From contig CAWHKD010000012.1 in assembly GCA_963829845.1 (NCBI GenBank), forward strand, positions 31,859 to 95,858: DNA of 64,000 nucleotides. Reading direction: 5' to 3'. The notes beneath the pieces are model-generated. The model did no database searches. It had not been told where the DNA came from and saw only the letters and a list, made by a program, of their open reading frames with translations. Source of the stretch: an uncultured Gaiellaceae bacterium. GTDB taxonomy: Bacteria; Actinomycetota; Thermoleophilia; Gaiellales; Gaiellaceae. The position numbers and the translations under genes were made by a program. Of this stretch, positions 45,921 through 54,685 are shown one piece after another; positions within the stretch are counted from its first letter, which is position 1; each line of letters opens with the position of its first letter.

Positions 45921-46438
45921 ACGTCGAGATCGCGCAGCGCGACGAGGTCGTCCTGCGGCACGCCAACGAGGCCGACCTGCCCGCGATCGACCACCTGACC
46001 ACGATCGGGTACGCGCCGATTCAGGAGAGCTTCGTCGCGATGCTCGGCGCCGACCTCTACGAGACTGTCCGGCCGACCCGGGGCAGACGTGGGAGCAGCG
46101 GAAGGCGCAGCAGAACCGGCGCCTCTTCGCCGAGCATCCGGAGCAGGTGTGGGTGCTCGAGGACACCGGCTGGGTCTTCGGCTACGTGACGTTCTGGCTC
46201 TTCCCCGAACGCAGCTACGGCCACCTCGACAACAGCGCCGTCGATCCGTCCTGCCGCGGCGAGGGCTGGGCGCGCTTCATGTACGTCCACGTGCTCGAGC
46301 ACTTCCGCTCGCTCGGGCCTCCGCTACGCCCACGTCGACACCGGCCTCGACGACGCGCACATCCCCGCGCGCGCCGCCTACGAGGCTGTCGGTTTCGACC
46401 GCAGCGTGCCGACGGTCGACCTCTGGCGGCAGCTCTAG
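45917..46438 (+). pseudogene. GNAT-family N-acetyltransferase with two frame disruptions as assembled
   Basis: GTG 45917 overlaps the ettA stop. [25 protein letters not shown]...LYETVRP is in frame 1. [41 protein letters not shown]...VDPSCRGEGWARFMYVHVLEHFRSLG is in frame 2, after a -1 shift near 46075. LRYAHVDTGLDDAHIPARAAYEAVGFDR...WRQL is back in frame 1, after a +1 shift at 46315-46318. The 522-nt total equals 174 codons. Confidence 0.75.
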
Positions 46439-46861
46439 CCGCTGAGGATCAGCTCGACGGGCTCGTCCCGCGCGAGCAACGCCGCGTCGAACTCGAGCGG
46501 CACCGCGTCGGGCAGGACGAAGCGGTAGCGCGGCCGAGCCGGCAGGTCGAGCTCGAGGCTCCATCACGCAGACGGTCGGGATCCGGTCGACGCCCCAGTC
46601 GATGCTCGGGTCGGCGTTCTCCGCCCGCCCGGCGGGGAGCTCCCCCTCGGCCACGACCTCTCCGTCCCCGGCCTCGACGGTGAATTTCGTCCCGCGGTGC
46701 ACCTGCCGGAAGGGTCGCGCACCCGCGCACTCGACACCCTCCTCGCGGATGTTGTTGTCGGGGATCACGACCCGGAAGCGCGCCCCGTTCGAGTCGCCGC
46801 CGCCGACGGAGCAACCCGCGAGCACCAGCGCGAGCAGCAGGCAACCGCTACCCGGCCTCAC
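46435..46861 (-). pseudogene. small lipoprotein, one +1 frameshift at 46558 as assembled
   Basis: Lipobox LLALVLAGCS. ...IDWGVDRIPTVCVME is followed in the next frame by LELDLPARPRYRFVLPDAVPLEFDAALLARDEPVELILSG-stop. The 427-nt span minus 1 equals 142 codons. Its stop overlaps the convergent GNAT stop (CTAG). Confidence 0.7.
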
Positions 46862-47409
46862 CGGGCGACGAGCTCCTCCAGCCGCGACCGCAGCTGCTCG
46901 GTCGACGCCCCGCCGGGCCAGCCGCGGAGCACCTTCCCGCCTCGCGAGACGAGCACGACGAGTCCGGGCTCGCGGGCGGCGTAGTCGAGCCAGACGCGCT
47001 CGTTCGCGATCGCGACGGGATGGCCGAGGTCGAGCTCTTCGGCGTAATCGCGCCCGCCTTCGACGTCGTCCTCACCGACGATTCCAAGCAGCCCGATCGC
47101 GCCGTCGTGCTCGTCCACGGCCTCCGCCGCCGCGCGATGGAGTTCCGCACAGCGGTCGCAGTAGCTGGCGGTGAAGACGAGCACGAGCGGGCGGTCGCGC
47201 CACAGCTCGCTCGCGGTGACGGGAGTGCCGTCGAGCAGCTCGGCGGTGAAGTCCGGCGCGGCGAGCGCACCCGGTGGCGCCTCGGCGAACGTGACCGCCG
47301 CCGGGACCGACTGCGGCAGGTCGCCGGCGCCGCCGGCGACCTCGTCGTTACCGCCGCCGCAGGCGACCACGAGGAGCGACGCCAGCAGGAGAAAGAGCCC
47401 TCGGCGCAT
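46858..47409 (-). CDS. thioredoxin-like (TlpA/redoxin family) lipoprotein
   Basis: ORF trimmed to ATG 47409. Lipobox LLVVACGG and CxxC in FTASYCDRCAEL. Its stop overlaps the start of the next lipoprotein gene (GTGA). Confidence 0.82.
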   Translation of the reverse strand: MRRGLFLLLASLLVVACGGGNDEVAGGAGDLPQSVPAAVTFAEAPPGALAAPDFTAELLDGTPVTASELWRDRPLVLVFTASYCDRCAELHRAAAEAVDEHDGAIGLLGIVGEDDVEGGRDYAEELDLGHPVAIANERVWLDYAAREPGLVVLVSRGGKVLRGWPGGASTEQLRSRLEELVAR

Positions 47410-47431
47410 GGGCTCACGGTAGACGGAGCAA

Positions 47432-47455
47432 GGGCGGGACCTCACGGTCCCGCCC
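47432..47455 (-). terminator. terminator hairpin downstream of the M6 protease gene
   Basis: GGGCGGGACC-tcac-GGTCCCGCCC is a 10-bp perfect stem, 15 nt after the stop at 47470. Confidence 0.5.
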
Positions 47456-47469
47456 CCTGCCCCCACCGG

Positions 47470-49587
47470 CTAGCTGCCGCCCGGCGTCGTGTCGCGCACG
47501 TGCACCGCGCACGTCTGCGTCGCCGTCTTCGACGAGTCGGCCTCGGACTTGGCGCTGAGCGTCACCGTCGTCCGTGCGTCGCCGTCCTCCGTGAGCGGGT
47601 CGCGGAGCACGTGCACGGGGACCTGCACGGTCTGACCGGCCTTCGCCGCCGCCAGCGCGTTCGGCAGCGTCACCTTCCAGTCGGCGCTGCTCGACGTCGC
47701 CGAAAGGCGGAAGACGTCCTGATCGAACGGGGCTGCACCCGCCTGGCCCGTATTCGTCAGCGGGAAGGTGCACGTGGCGAGGAAGCCCTCGCGCTGCGGC
47801 GTCTTCGTCGGAACAGCAAGCGCGGTGCCCCGCGTGAACGGATCACCTTCGCCGACCCGGCGCACGGCGACGGCGTAGTGACGGACGCCGTCAGCGTCGC
47901 GACGCGTGTTGAGCACGTAGAAGTGGAGCTTGTTGAAGGTGTCCACGTATTCGTACTCGCTGTCGGAACGCGTCCCCGCGTGGAACGTTGCATCGTTCAG
48001 CTGGCGCGGGTCACCGCGGACGACCGCGACGGGCGTCCCGTCCGGCCGGTAGAAGTCGATCATCCCGATGTCCTGCGGGTTCGGGTCGATCATCCAGACC
48101 CGCGGCGTCCCGCTGTTGCGGCTCTTCGTGAGCAGCACCCCGTGCCCGGGGATGAACGAGTCGTTCCCGACGCGGTCGACGACCTCCAGCCGGTAGTGGA
48201 GGTAGTTCGGCCCCGTGCGGTTCGGGCAATAGAAGACGTCCGCGCCCGTGTAGCCCTGGTTCGCGCACGAGCCGGCGAGATCACCCGAGCCGAGGTTGAC
48301 CGTGAGGCCGACGAGGTCGCCGTCGGGCACGGCCTCGCGGGCTTTCAGGTCGACGACCCCGATCCCCTGGCCCGCCAGCGTGTCCCGCTCCAGCATGACC
48401 TGGTCGGCGGGCGCGAGCACGCCGAGCTGGTTCTTGAAATGGAGCAGGTGGTGAGGACCGAGCCCGGAGCCGCCCTGGTTCGGGACCTGCCAGCGGTTGT
48501 GCGTCCCGCCCGGGCCGTTGAACGTGCCTCGGCTCATCATCTCCCAGTAGCCGGTGAAGTTGCGCTCGTTGTCGGCGAACGGGTTGTTGTAGTTGTCAGG
48601 CAGGCCGCGGAGGTGGCTGAACTCGTGGGCGAAGACGCTGAGCCCCGAGCTCTCGGCCTGCGTCGATGTGCCCAACGTGGTCGGCGTGCCGCCTTGTGCG
48701 TTCGGCCAGTGGTTGGCGGCCGACCTCCACGACGTCCAGTCGACGTAGCGGGTGTCCGCCCAGTTCGGCATCGGCTGCCCGAGCTGGTTCAGCGGCGCGC
48801 TCCCGTCGGGATTGCGCGGCGGCCCGAAAGCGTCCGGAATGTCGTCGCGCGTCTGGAACATCATCTCGCCGAACTCCTGCCACGTCGACGACTCGTCGTG
48901 GCCGGCGGTGACGTAGAAGCCGTTGTCGAACCCGCAGCGGCCTGACGGGCAGCCGATGTCGGCCCGCCAGAGCGCGCCTCCGTCGGTACGCAGACTCTTG
49001 GTGCAGCTGTCCCCCTGCGGGCAGTACGCCTCGCGTGGGGAGTTGAATTGCCCGTCGGGGATGCCGTACTCGTGCAGCTTGCCGGGCAGCGTGTACGGCC
49101 CGAACACCTCGACGTCGACGCCGATCTGGCCGTGGCTGTCCTCCATCCAGTACCCGTGCAGCGTCTGGCCGCCGTTGTACTGGTTCGGCACGGCGTAGTA
49201 GTCGTAGTACCACTCCGCGACGTCCTCACGCGGAACGGGCTCCCAACCCGCCTGCGGATTGCCGAACGGATGCGAGCCGGGCGGCTGCGTGATCAGCATG
49301 GGCTGGTCCTGGAACTCGAGCAGGATGACGGCCGTCCGGTACTGGCTGACGGAGCCGTCAGAGCCCGTCGTGTCGTTCCAGGAGTCCGGCCGGGACTGCG
49401 TGTAGGCGTCCCACGTCAGCTCTCCCTGGTCGACCCACTTCTGCGCATCGATCGGCTGGAGCAGCGGATGGTTCGCAGCGTCCGGTGGGATCTCCGCGCT
49501 TGCGGACGACGCGAACGACACCGGCAGGGCGAGGAGCGCAAGCGCGGCGAGACGGCGTGCACCCCGGTGTCGGGTCTTCTCTCTCAT
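47470..49587 (-). CDS. secreted M6 (immune inhibitor A-like) metalloprotease
   Basis: ORF 47470..50217 trimmed to ATG 49587 behind AAGGGAGG. Signal peptide ends in ...SFASSASA. Zinc motif HEFSH in VFAHEFSHLRGLPDNYN. 705 aa. Confidence 0.85.
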   Translation of the reverse strand: MREKTRHRGARRLAALALLALPVSFASSASAEIPPDAANHPLLQPIDAQKWVDQGELTWDAYTQSRPDSWNDTTGSDGSVSQYRTAVILLEFQDQPMLITQPPGSHPFGNPQAGWEPVPREDVAEWYYDYYAVPNQYNGGQTLHGYWMEDSHGQIGVDVEVFGPYTLPGKLHEYGIPDGQFNSPREAYCPQGDSCTKSLRTDGGALWRADIGCPSGRCGFDNGFYVTAGHDESSTWQEFGEMMFQTRDDIPDAFGPPRNPDGSAPLNQLGQPMPNWADTRYVDWTSWRSAANHWPNAQGGTPTTLGTSTQAESSGLSVFAHEFSHLRGLPDNYNNPFADNERNFTGYWEMMSRGTFNGPGGTHNRWQVPNQGGSGLGPHHLLHFKNQLGVLAPADQVMLERDTLAGQGIGVVDLKAREAVPDGDLVGLTVNLGSGDLAGSCANQGYTGADVFYCPNRTGPNYLHYRLEVVDRVGNDSFIPGHGVLLTKSRNSGTPRVWMIDPNPQDIGMIDFYRPDGTPVAVVRGDPRQLNDATFHAGTRSDSEYEYVDTFNKLHFYVLNTRRDADGVRHYAVAVRRVGEGDPFTRGTALAVPTKTPQREGFLATCTFPLTNTGQAGAAPFDQDVFRLSATSSSADWKVTLPNALAAAKAGQTVQVPVHVLRDPLTEDGDARTTVTLSAKSEADSSKTATQTCAVHVRDTTPGGS

Positions 49588-49726
49588 GGGGCCTCCCTTT
49601 CCCCCGACGCGCGGCGCCGCCGGGGTCGAATGTCCCCTGCCAACCCCCCGGCGGACAGGAGCCGGCGCGACCGTAACACACCTCACAAGTGGATCCGTCC
49701 ACACGCGATGAGGACGAACGGCTAGC

Positions 49727-51190
49727 GTGCTGGAAGTGGATCCCGAGCGCCAGCACCACAACGTCACGCTGGCGATCCTGACCCTCGCGGGCGCCGCCTT
49801 CTCGCTCCAGCAGACGATGGTCTTCCCGGCGCTGAGGACGTTCCAGGAGGAGTTCGGCTCGACGACGGCGTGGACGACCTGGGTGCTGACCGGCTTTCTC
49901 GTCTCGGGCGCGGTGCTGACGCCCATCCTCGGCCGCCTCGGCGACCAGTTCGGCAAGGAGCGGCTGCTGCTGGTCAGCCTGGGGCTCTTCCTCGCCGGCT
50001 GCCTCGGGGCGGCGTTCGCCTGGAACCTCTGGTCGCTGATCGCCTTTCGGGTCGTCTCCGGCGCGGGCGGCGCGCTCTTCCCGCTCAGCTTCGCGATCAT
50101 CAGGGACGAGTTCCCGCCAGAGAAGGTGAAGGTCGGGATCGGCCTGCTCTCGGCGGTCTGGGGTGTCGGCGGCGGCTTCGGGATCGTGCTCTCCGGCTTG
50201 ATCGTGGACAACTTCACGTGGCGGTACCTCTTCCTGCTGGGTTCGATCCCGGTCGCGCTCTCGCTCGTGCTCGTCCACCGCTACGTGCCCGAGTCGCCGA
50301 TCCGCTCGCCGTCGAAGGTCGACGTGCCCGGCGCACTGCTCCTCTCCGGGGGGCTGATCTCGCTGATGGTCGCCCTGACCGAGGGTGAGCACTGGGGCTG
50401 GGGCTCACCGCTCCTGTTGGGTGTCCTCGCGCTCGCCGCGGTCCTCTTCCTTCTCTGGGGCTTCGTCGAGTCGCGCTCGAACTCGCCGATGGTCGACCTG
50501 CGGATGCTCGCGCACCGGCCGATCCTGCTCACGAACATCGCCACTCTGATCTCGGGGTTCGCGCTCTTCAGCTGCTTCGTGCTCGTGCCGACGTTCGTCG
50601 AGACGGACTCCGCCAACGGCTACGGCTTCAGCGCCACCGCGACGCAGGCGGGGCTCTACCTGCTCCCCAGCTCGCTCGCGATGCTCTTCGCCGGCCCGCT
50701 CGCGGGAGCGGTCGGCCGCCGCTACGGCTCCAAGTGGCCGCTCGCGATCGGAATGGTGATCGTCAGCGTCGCCGCGTTCCTGTTCGCGACCCGGCACGAC
50801 GAGCCGGGCACGGTCCTGCTCGCGAGCGCCCTGCTCGGGCTCGGTGTGGGCGCCGCCTTCGCAGCGATGGCGGGGCTGATCGCGGACAACGTCGATCCGC
50901 GCGAGATGGGCGTCGCGGCCGGGATGAACACCGTCGTACGGATGATCGGCGGCGTCATCGGCGGCCAGGTCGGGGCGGCGCTGCTCACCGCCCGCACGAT
51001 CGGCGACTCCTCGGTTCCGGCCGAGTCGGCGTTCACGATCACGTTCGCGCTGAGCGCCGTCACCGCGCTGATCGCCGCCGGGATCGCGGTCTCGATCGGC
51101 TCCCGCCCGGCGCGGCGGCAGCTGGAAATAGCCGCGCCCCCGGCGCCGGCGTCGTCCGGCCGGACGAGCGCCGTTCGTCCTCACGGCTGA
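49727..51190 (+). CDS. MFS transporter, DHA2 (14-TMS, EmrB/QacA-like)
   Basis: 487 aa with about 14 hydrophobic segments. LGRLGDQFGKER motif. Confidence 0.88.
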   Translation: MLEVDPERQHHNVTLAILTLAGAAFSLQQTMVFPALRTFQEEFGSTTAWTTWVLTGFLVSGAVLTPILGRLGDQFGKERLLLVSLGLFLAGCLGAAFAWNLWSLIAFRVVSGAGGALFPLSFAIIRDEFPPEKVKVGIGLLSAVWGVGGGFGIVLSGLIVDNFTWRYLFLLGSIPVALSLVLVHRYVPESPIRSPSKVDVPGALLLSGGLISLMVALTEGEHWGWGSPLLLGVLALAAVLFLLWGFVESRSNSPMVDLRMLAHRPILLTNIATLISGFALFSCFVLVPTFVETDSANGYGFSATATQAGLYLLPSSLAMLFAGPLAGAVGRRYGSKWPLAIGMVIVSVAAFLFATRHDEPGTVLLASALLGLGVGAAFAAMAGLIADNVDPREMGVAAGMNTVVRMIGGVIGGQVGAALLTARTIGDSSVPAESAFTITFALSAVTALIAAGIAVSIGSRPARRQLEIAAPPAPASSGRTSAVRPHG

Positions 51191-51269
51191 CGCGGGTTCA
51201 CTCCACGGGCCGATGCGCAGACGCCTCCCGTAACGCAGCATGAGATCACTGCTACGGAGGTGACGAGGC

Positions 51270-52655
51270 ATGACCGAAATCCTGACAAGACGCGAAACCG
51301 GGCTCGACATCGGCCCGCTGCGGAACCTGCTGGACGGCGATGCGGTCGCCCCCGGCGACGTCGAGTGGGACGAGGCCCGCCTCGCCTGGAACCTGAGTGT
51401 CGACCAGCACCCGGCGGCGGTCGTGCTGCCCGAGTCGGCGGCCGACGTCGCCGCCACGGTCGCGTTCGCGAGGGCGCATGGCCTCCGCGTCGCACCGCAG
51501 GGAACGGGGCACGGCGCCGCGGCCATGGGCGACATGTCCGACACGATCCTGCTCAAGACCGAGCGGATGCGTGGCGTCACGATCGACCGGGAGAACCGGA
51601 TCGCCCGCGCCGAGGCCGGCACGATCTGGATCGAGGTCGTCGAGGCGGCGGCCGAGCACGGTCTCGCCGCGCTCGCCGGTTCCTCGCCGGACGTCGGAGT
51701 CGTCGGCTACACGCTCGGCGGCGGCCTCTCCTGGCTCGCCCGCAAGCACGGCATCGGCGCCAACCAGGTCACCGCAATCGAGGTGGTGACGGCATCGGGC
51801 GACGTCGTCCGCACCGACTGGGCCAACGAGCCTGACCTCTTCTGGGCGTTGCGCGGCGGCGGCGGCTCCTTCGGGATCGTGACCGCGATCGAGTTCAACC
51901 TCTTCCCGATCTCGAGCGTCTACGCGGGCGTGCTCTGGTTCCCCGTCGACCGGGCGGCCGAGGTGCTGAAGTCGTGGCGCGCCTGGACGGACGATCTGCC
52001 GGACGAGATGACGTCTGTCGGCCGGATCCTCCAGTTCCCGCCGATTCCCGCGATCCCTGAGCCGATCCGCGGCCAGTCGTTCGTGGTCGTCGAGGCGATC
52101 TGGTCCGGCGGGGCATCGGAAGGCGCACGCCAGCTCGAGCCGCTCCGCGCGCTCGGGCCGGTGATGGACACCGTCATGACCATCCCGGTTCAGGAGCTGA
52201 GCCGTCTCCACATGGATCCGGAGGGCCCATCCCCCGGCAGCGGTGACGGCGGCATGCTCGACGACGTCGATGGGCACCTGATCGACCTCTTCGTCGAGCA
52301 GGTCGTCGGCTCGCCGATCCTCTCGGCGGAGCTCCGACACCTCGGCGGCGCGGTCGCCCGGCGGGACTCCCGCCACGGCGCAATCGACGCCTGGGAGGCT
52401 CCGTACTCGATGTACGCGCTCGGCATCGCCCCGACGCCCGAGGCTCGCGAGGTGGTCGACGGCGCCGTTGCGCGGCTGCGGGACACACTCGCGCCGTGGG
52501 AGGCCGAGCACACGTACCTCAACTTCGCCGACTCGAGGCGGAAGGCCGCGTCGCTCTTCTCGAGCGCCAGCTACCACCGCCTCCGCCGGATCAAGGCGAT
52601 CGTCGACCCGACCGACCTGATCCGCTCGAACCACCCTGTTTCGCCCGCAAGCTGA
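51270..52655 (+). CDS. FAD-binding (PCMH-type) oxidoreductase with a BBE-like C-terminus
   Basis: AAVVLPESAADVAATVAFARAHGLRVAPQGTGHG, GGGLSWLARKHG and DLFWALRGGGGSFGIV motifs. GGAGG SD upstream of ATG 51270. Confidence 0.88.
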   Translation: MTEILTRRETGLDIGPLRNLLDGDAVAPGDVEWDEARLAWNLSVDQHPAAVVLPESAADVAATVAFARAHGLRVAPQGTGHGAAAMGDMSDTILLKTERMRGVTIDRENRIARAEAGTIWIEVVEAAAEHGLAALAGSSPDVGVVGYTLGGGLSWLARKHGIGANQVTAIEVVTASGDVVRTDWANEPDLFWALRGGGGSFGIVTAIEFNLFPISSVYAGVLWFPVDRAAEVLKSWRAWTDDLPDEMTSVGRILQFPPIPAIPEPIRGQSFVVVEAIWSGGASEGARQLEPLRALGPVMDTVMTIPVQELSRLHMDPEGPSPGSGDGGMLDDVDGHLIDLFVEQVVGSPILSAELRHLGGAVARRDSRHGAIDAWEAPYSMYALGIAPTPEAREVVDGAVARLRDTLAPWEAEHTYLNFADSRRKAASLFSSASYHRLRRIKAIVDPTDLIRSNHPVSPAS

Positions 52656-52711
52656 GCATCCGCAAGCGGACGCTCAGCGCGAAGATCCCTGAAGGGGCCG
52701 CTCCGCGGCCC
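52640..52711 (+). repeat. fourth, dispersed copy of the two-hairpin repeat element
   Basis: TTCGCCCGCAAG, then GCTGAGCATCCGC-aa-GCGGACGCTCAGC, then GCGCGAAGATCCCTGAAG, then GGGCCGC-tcc-GCGGCCC. Collinear with copy A2 at 39977-40052. Overlaps the last 16 nt of the FAD-oxidase CDS. Confidence 0.7.
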
Positions 52712-52779
52712 TCTCTCGGGTTTCCACGGATGCGGTCGACGTCCACGTGCGCAACAATTCGTGACGAAGGAGGGTTCCG

Positions 52780-52935
52780 ATGCGCGACTTGATCGTCATC
52801 CTCGTGCTCTACGCGGTCGTGCTCTTCGGCTTCGCCTGGTGCGGCGGCTTCCGGGCGGCCGGCAGGTCGATCGAGGACTGGGGCAGACGCAGCGCGACGC
52901 GGCGCGGGGCGGCGCGGCGCAGCCCGCTCAGCTGA
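52780..52935 (+). CDS. 51-aa small membrane protein (below the ORF-track size cutoff)
   Basis: GAAGGAGGG lies 5 nt upstream of the ATG. MRDLIVILVLYAVVLFGFAWCGGFRAAGRSIEDWGRRSATRRGAARRSPLS has one TM and a basic tail. Third codon positions are G/C-rich. Confidence 0.5.
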   Translation: MRDLIVILVLYAVVLFGFAWCGGFRAAGRSIEDWGRRSATRRGAARRSPLS

Positions 52936-52962
52936 CCCTCGCCCGACGCTACCGTTCGCGGC

Positions 52963-53574
52963 GTGGACGCCGACGCCGTTGAGATTCGCATCCTCGGCTG
53001 CCTGGTCGAGAAGCAGCGAACGACGCCCGACCAGTACCCGCTCTCGCTGAACGCGCTCCGGCTCGCCTGCAACCAGGCGACCAATCGCGATCCCGTCGTC
53101 GACTACGGCGAGCCCGAGATCCGGACGGCCCTCGACAGCCTCTCGCGCCGCGGCTGGGTGCGGCTCGCAAGCGGCCCCGGCAGCCGGGTCGCCAAGTACC
53201 GCCACCTGCTCGACGACGCGCTCGGCCGGGTTCCTTCCCAGATCGCGCTGCTCGCCGTGCTCATGCTCCGCGGCGCGCAAACACCGGGCGAGCTGAAGCA
53301 GCGCGTCGAGCGGCTCTACCCGTACGCATCGACCGACGACGTCGAGCAGGCGCTCGAGGCGCTGGCGGACGCCGAGCTGGCGGAGAAGCTGCCGCGCCGG
53401 CCGGGGCAGAGCCAGGACCGCTGGCGGCAGCTGCTCGGCGCGGACGGCGACGATGAGCAGTCCCATTCGACGAGCGTCGAAACCGTGCCTGTCACACGAG
53501 GGCCCCTGGAGGAGCGCGTGGCCCGGCTCGAGCAGCAGGTGGCCGAGCTCCAGCGCGCGCTCGAGGAACGCTGA
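52963..53574 (+). CDS. yceH: YceH/DUF480 family protein
   Basis: EIRILGCLVEKQRTTPDQYPLSLNAL..ACNQ.TNRDPV, LMLRGAQTPGEL, and a C-terminal coiled coil. Collinear with E. coli YceH. Confidence 0.85.
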   Translation: MDADAVEIRILGCLVEKQRTTPDQYPLSLNALRLACNQATNRDPVVDYGEPEIRTALDSLSRRGWVRLASGPGSRVAKYRHLLDDALGRVPSQIALLAVLMLRGAQTPGELKQRVERLYPYASTDDVEQALEALADAELAEKLPRRPGQSQDRWRQLLGADGDDEQSHSTSVETVPVTRGPLEERVARLEQQVAELQRALEER

Positions 53575-53593
53575 CTTCGGGTAGGCAGGACTC

Positions 53594-54601
53594 GTGCCTC
53601 CGAATCCGATCGAGAACCTCCGCGGCGCCGCTCGCCAGCTCGGCGACCAGCTACGCCGGACCGCAGGCCCCGAGCTCGAGGACCTGCTCGGCTTCGGGCC
53701 GCGTGCGACGCCGCCGCGGCCGCTGTCGGAGCTGCAGGCAGAGCTCGACGGGCTCGTCGGCCTCGAGACGGTGAAGGAGCAGGTGCACGCGCTGCTCGCC
53801 TTCCTGCAGGTGCAGGCGCGCCGGAAGGAGCACGACCTCCCGGAGGTGGCGACGAGCCAGCATCTCGTCTTCCTCGGCAACCCCGGCACGGGCAAGACGA
53901 CGGTGGCGCGGCTGCTGGCCGAGATGTACGGGGCGATGGGACTGCTCGAGAAGGGTCATCTCGTCGAGGTCGACCGCGCGTCGCTCGTCGGCCAGTACGT
54001 CGGCCAGACGGCGATCAAGACCGACCGGGCGATTCGCCGCGCGCTCGACGGCGTCCTCTTCATCGACGAGGCGTACGCACTGACACCGGGCGGCGGCGAC
54101 GGCCGGCTCGATTTCGGCGCCGAGGCTGTCGAAACGCTGCTGAAGCGGATGGAGGACCACCGCCACCGCCTCGTCGTCATCGTCGCCGGCTATCCGCGGC
54201 TGATGCGCGCCTTCCTCAACTCGAACCCCGGTCTGCGCTCGCGCTTCGCCCGCGAGATCTCGTTTCCCGACTACTCGACCGGAGACCTGCTCGAGATCAC
54301 GCGTCGTCTGGCCGCGGAGCACGAGTACGAGCTCGGGCCGGGCGCCGACGATGCGCTCGAGCGGATCTTCGCCGGCGCGGCCCGCGGCGAAGGTTTCGGC
54401 AACGCTCGCTATGCGCGCACGATCTTCGAGCAGGCGCTGAACCGGCAGGCACTGCGGCTGGCGCGCCTGGAGGGAGCCGCGCTCACGGAGTTGAGCCGCG
54501 ACGAGGTGACGACACTCGAGGCCGACGACCTGCTCGAAGCGGCGCGCCTGCTCGGCGAGACGACGGAGGTCCGACCGAAGCGGCGACGGTGGCTCGGTTG
54601 A
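53594..54601 (+). CDS. AAA+ ATPase, CbbX/SpoVK subfamily
   Basis: LVGLETVKEQV, Walker A GNPGTGKTT, Walker B VLFIDEAY, and NPGLRSRF. Confidence 0.88.
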   Translation: MPPNPIENLRGAARQLGDQLRRTAGPELEDLLGFGPRATPPRPLSELQAELDGLVGLETVKEQVHALLAFLQVQARRKEHDLPEVATSQHLVFLGNPGTGKTTVARLLAEMYGAMGLLEKGHLVEVDRASLVGQYVGQTAIKTDRAIRRALDGVLFIDEAYALTPGGGDGRLDFGAEAVETLLKRMEDHRHRLVVIVAGYPRLMRAFLNSNPGLRSRFAREISFPDYSTGDLLEITRRLAAEHEYELGPGADDALERIFAGAARGEGFGNARYARTIFEQALNRQALRLARLEGAALTELSRDEVTTLEADDLLEAARLLGETTEVRPKRRRWLG

Positions 54602-54685
54602 CGGCGCCGACGCGCGGTGTTTTCATCGGTCGGGCCTTCTCCCACCCGGGACGCCTGCGGCGAGGCTGATGCGAAGGAGGATCGC

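Noticed and set aside
50239-50250. GGGTTCGATCCC, a tRNA T-arm-like string
   Set aside because: It lies inside the MFS transporter CDS, in frame (LLGSIPV). No acceptor, D or anticodon arms can be drawn around it.
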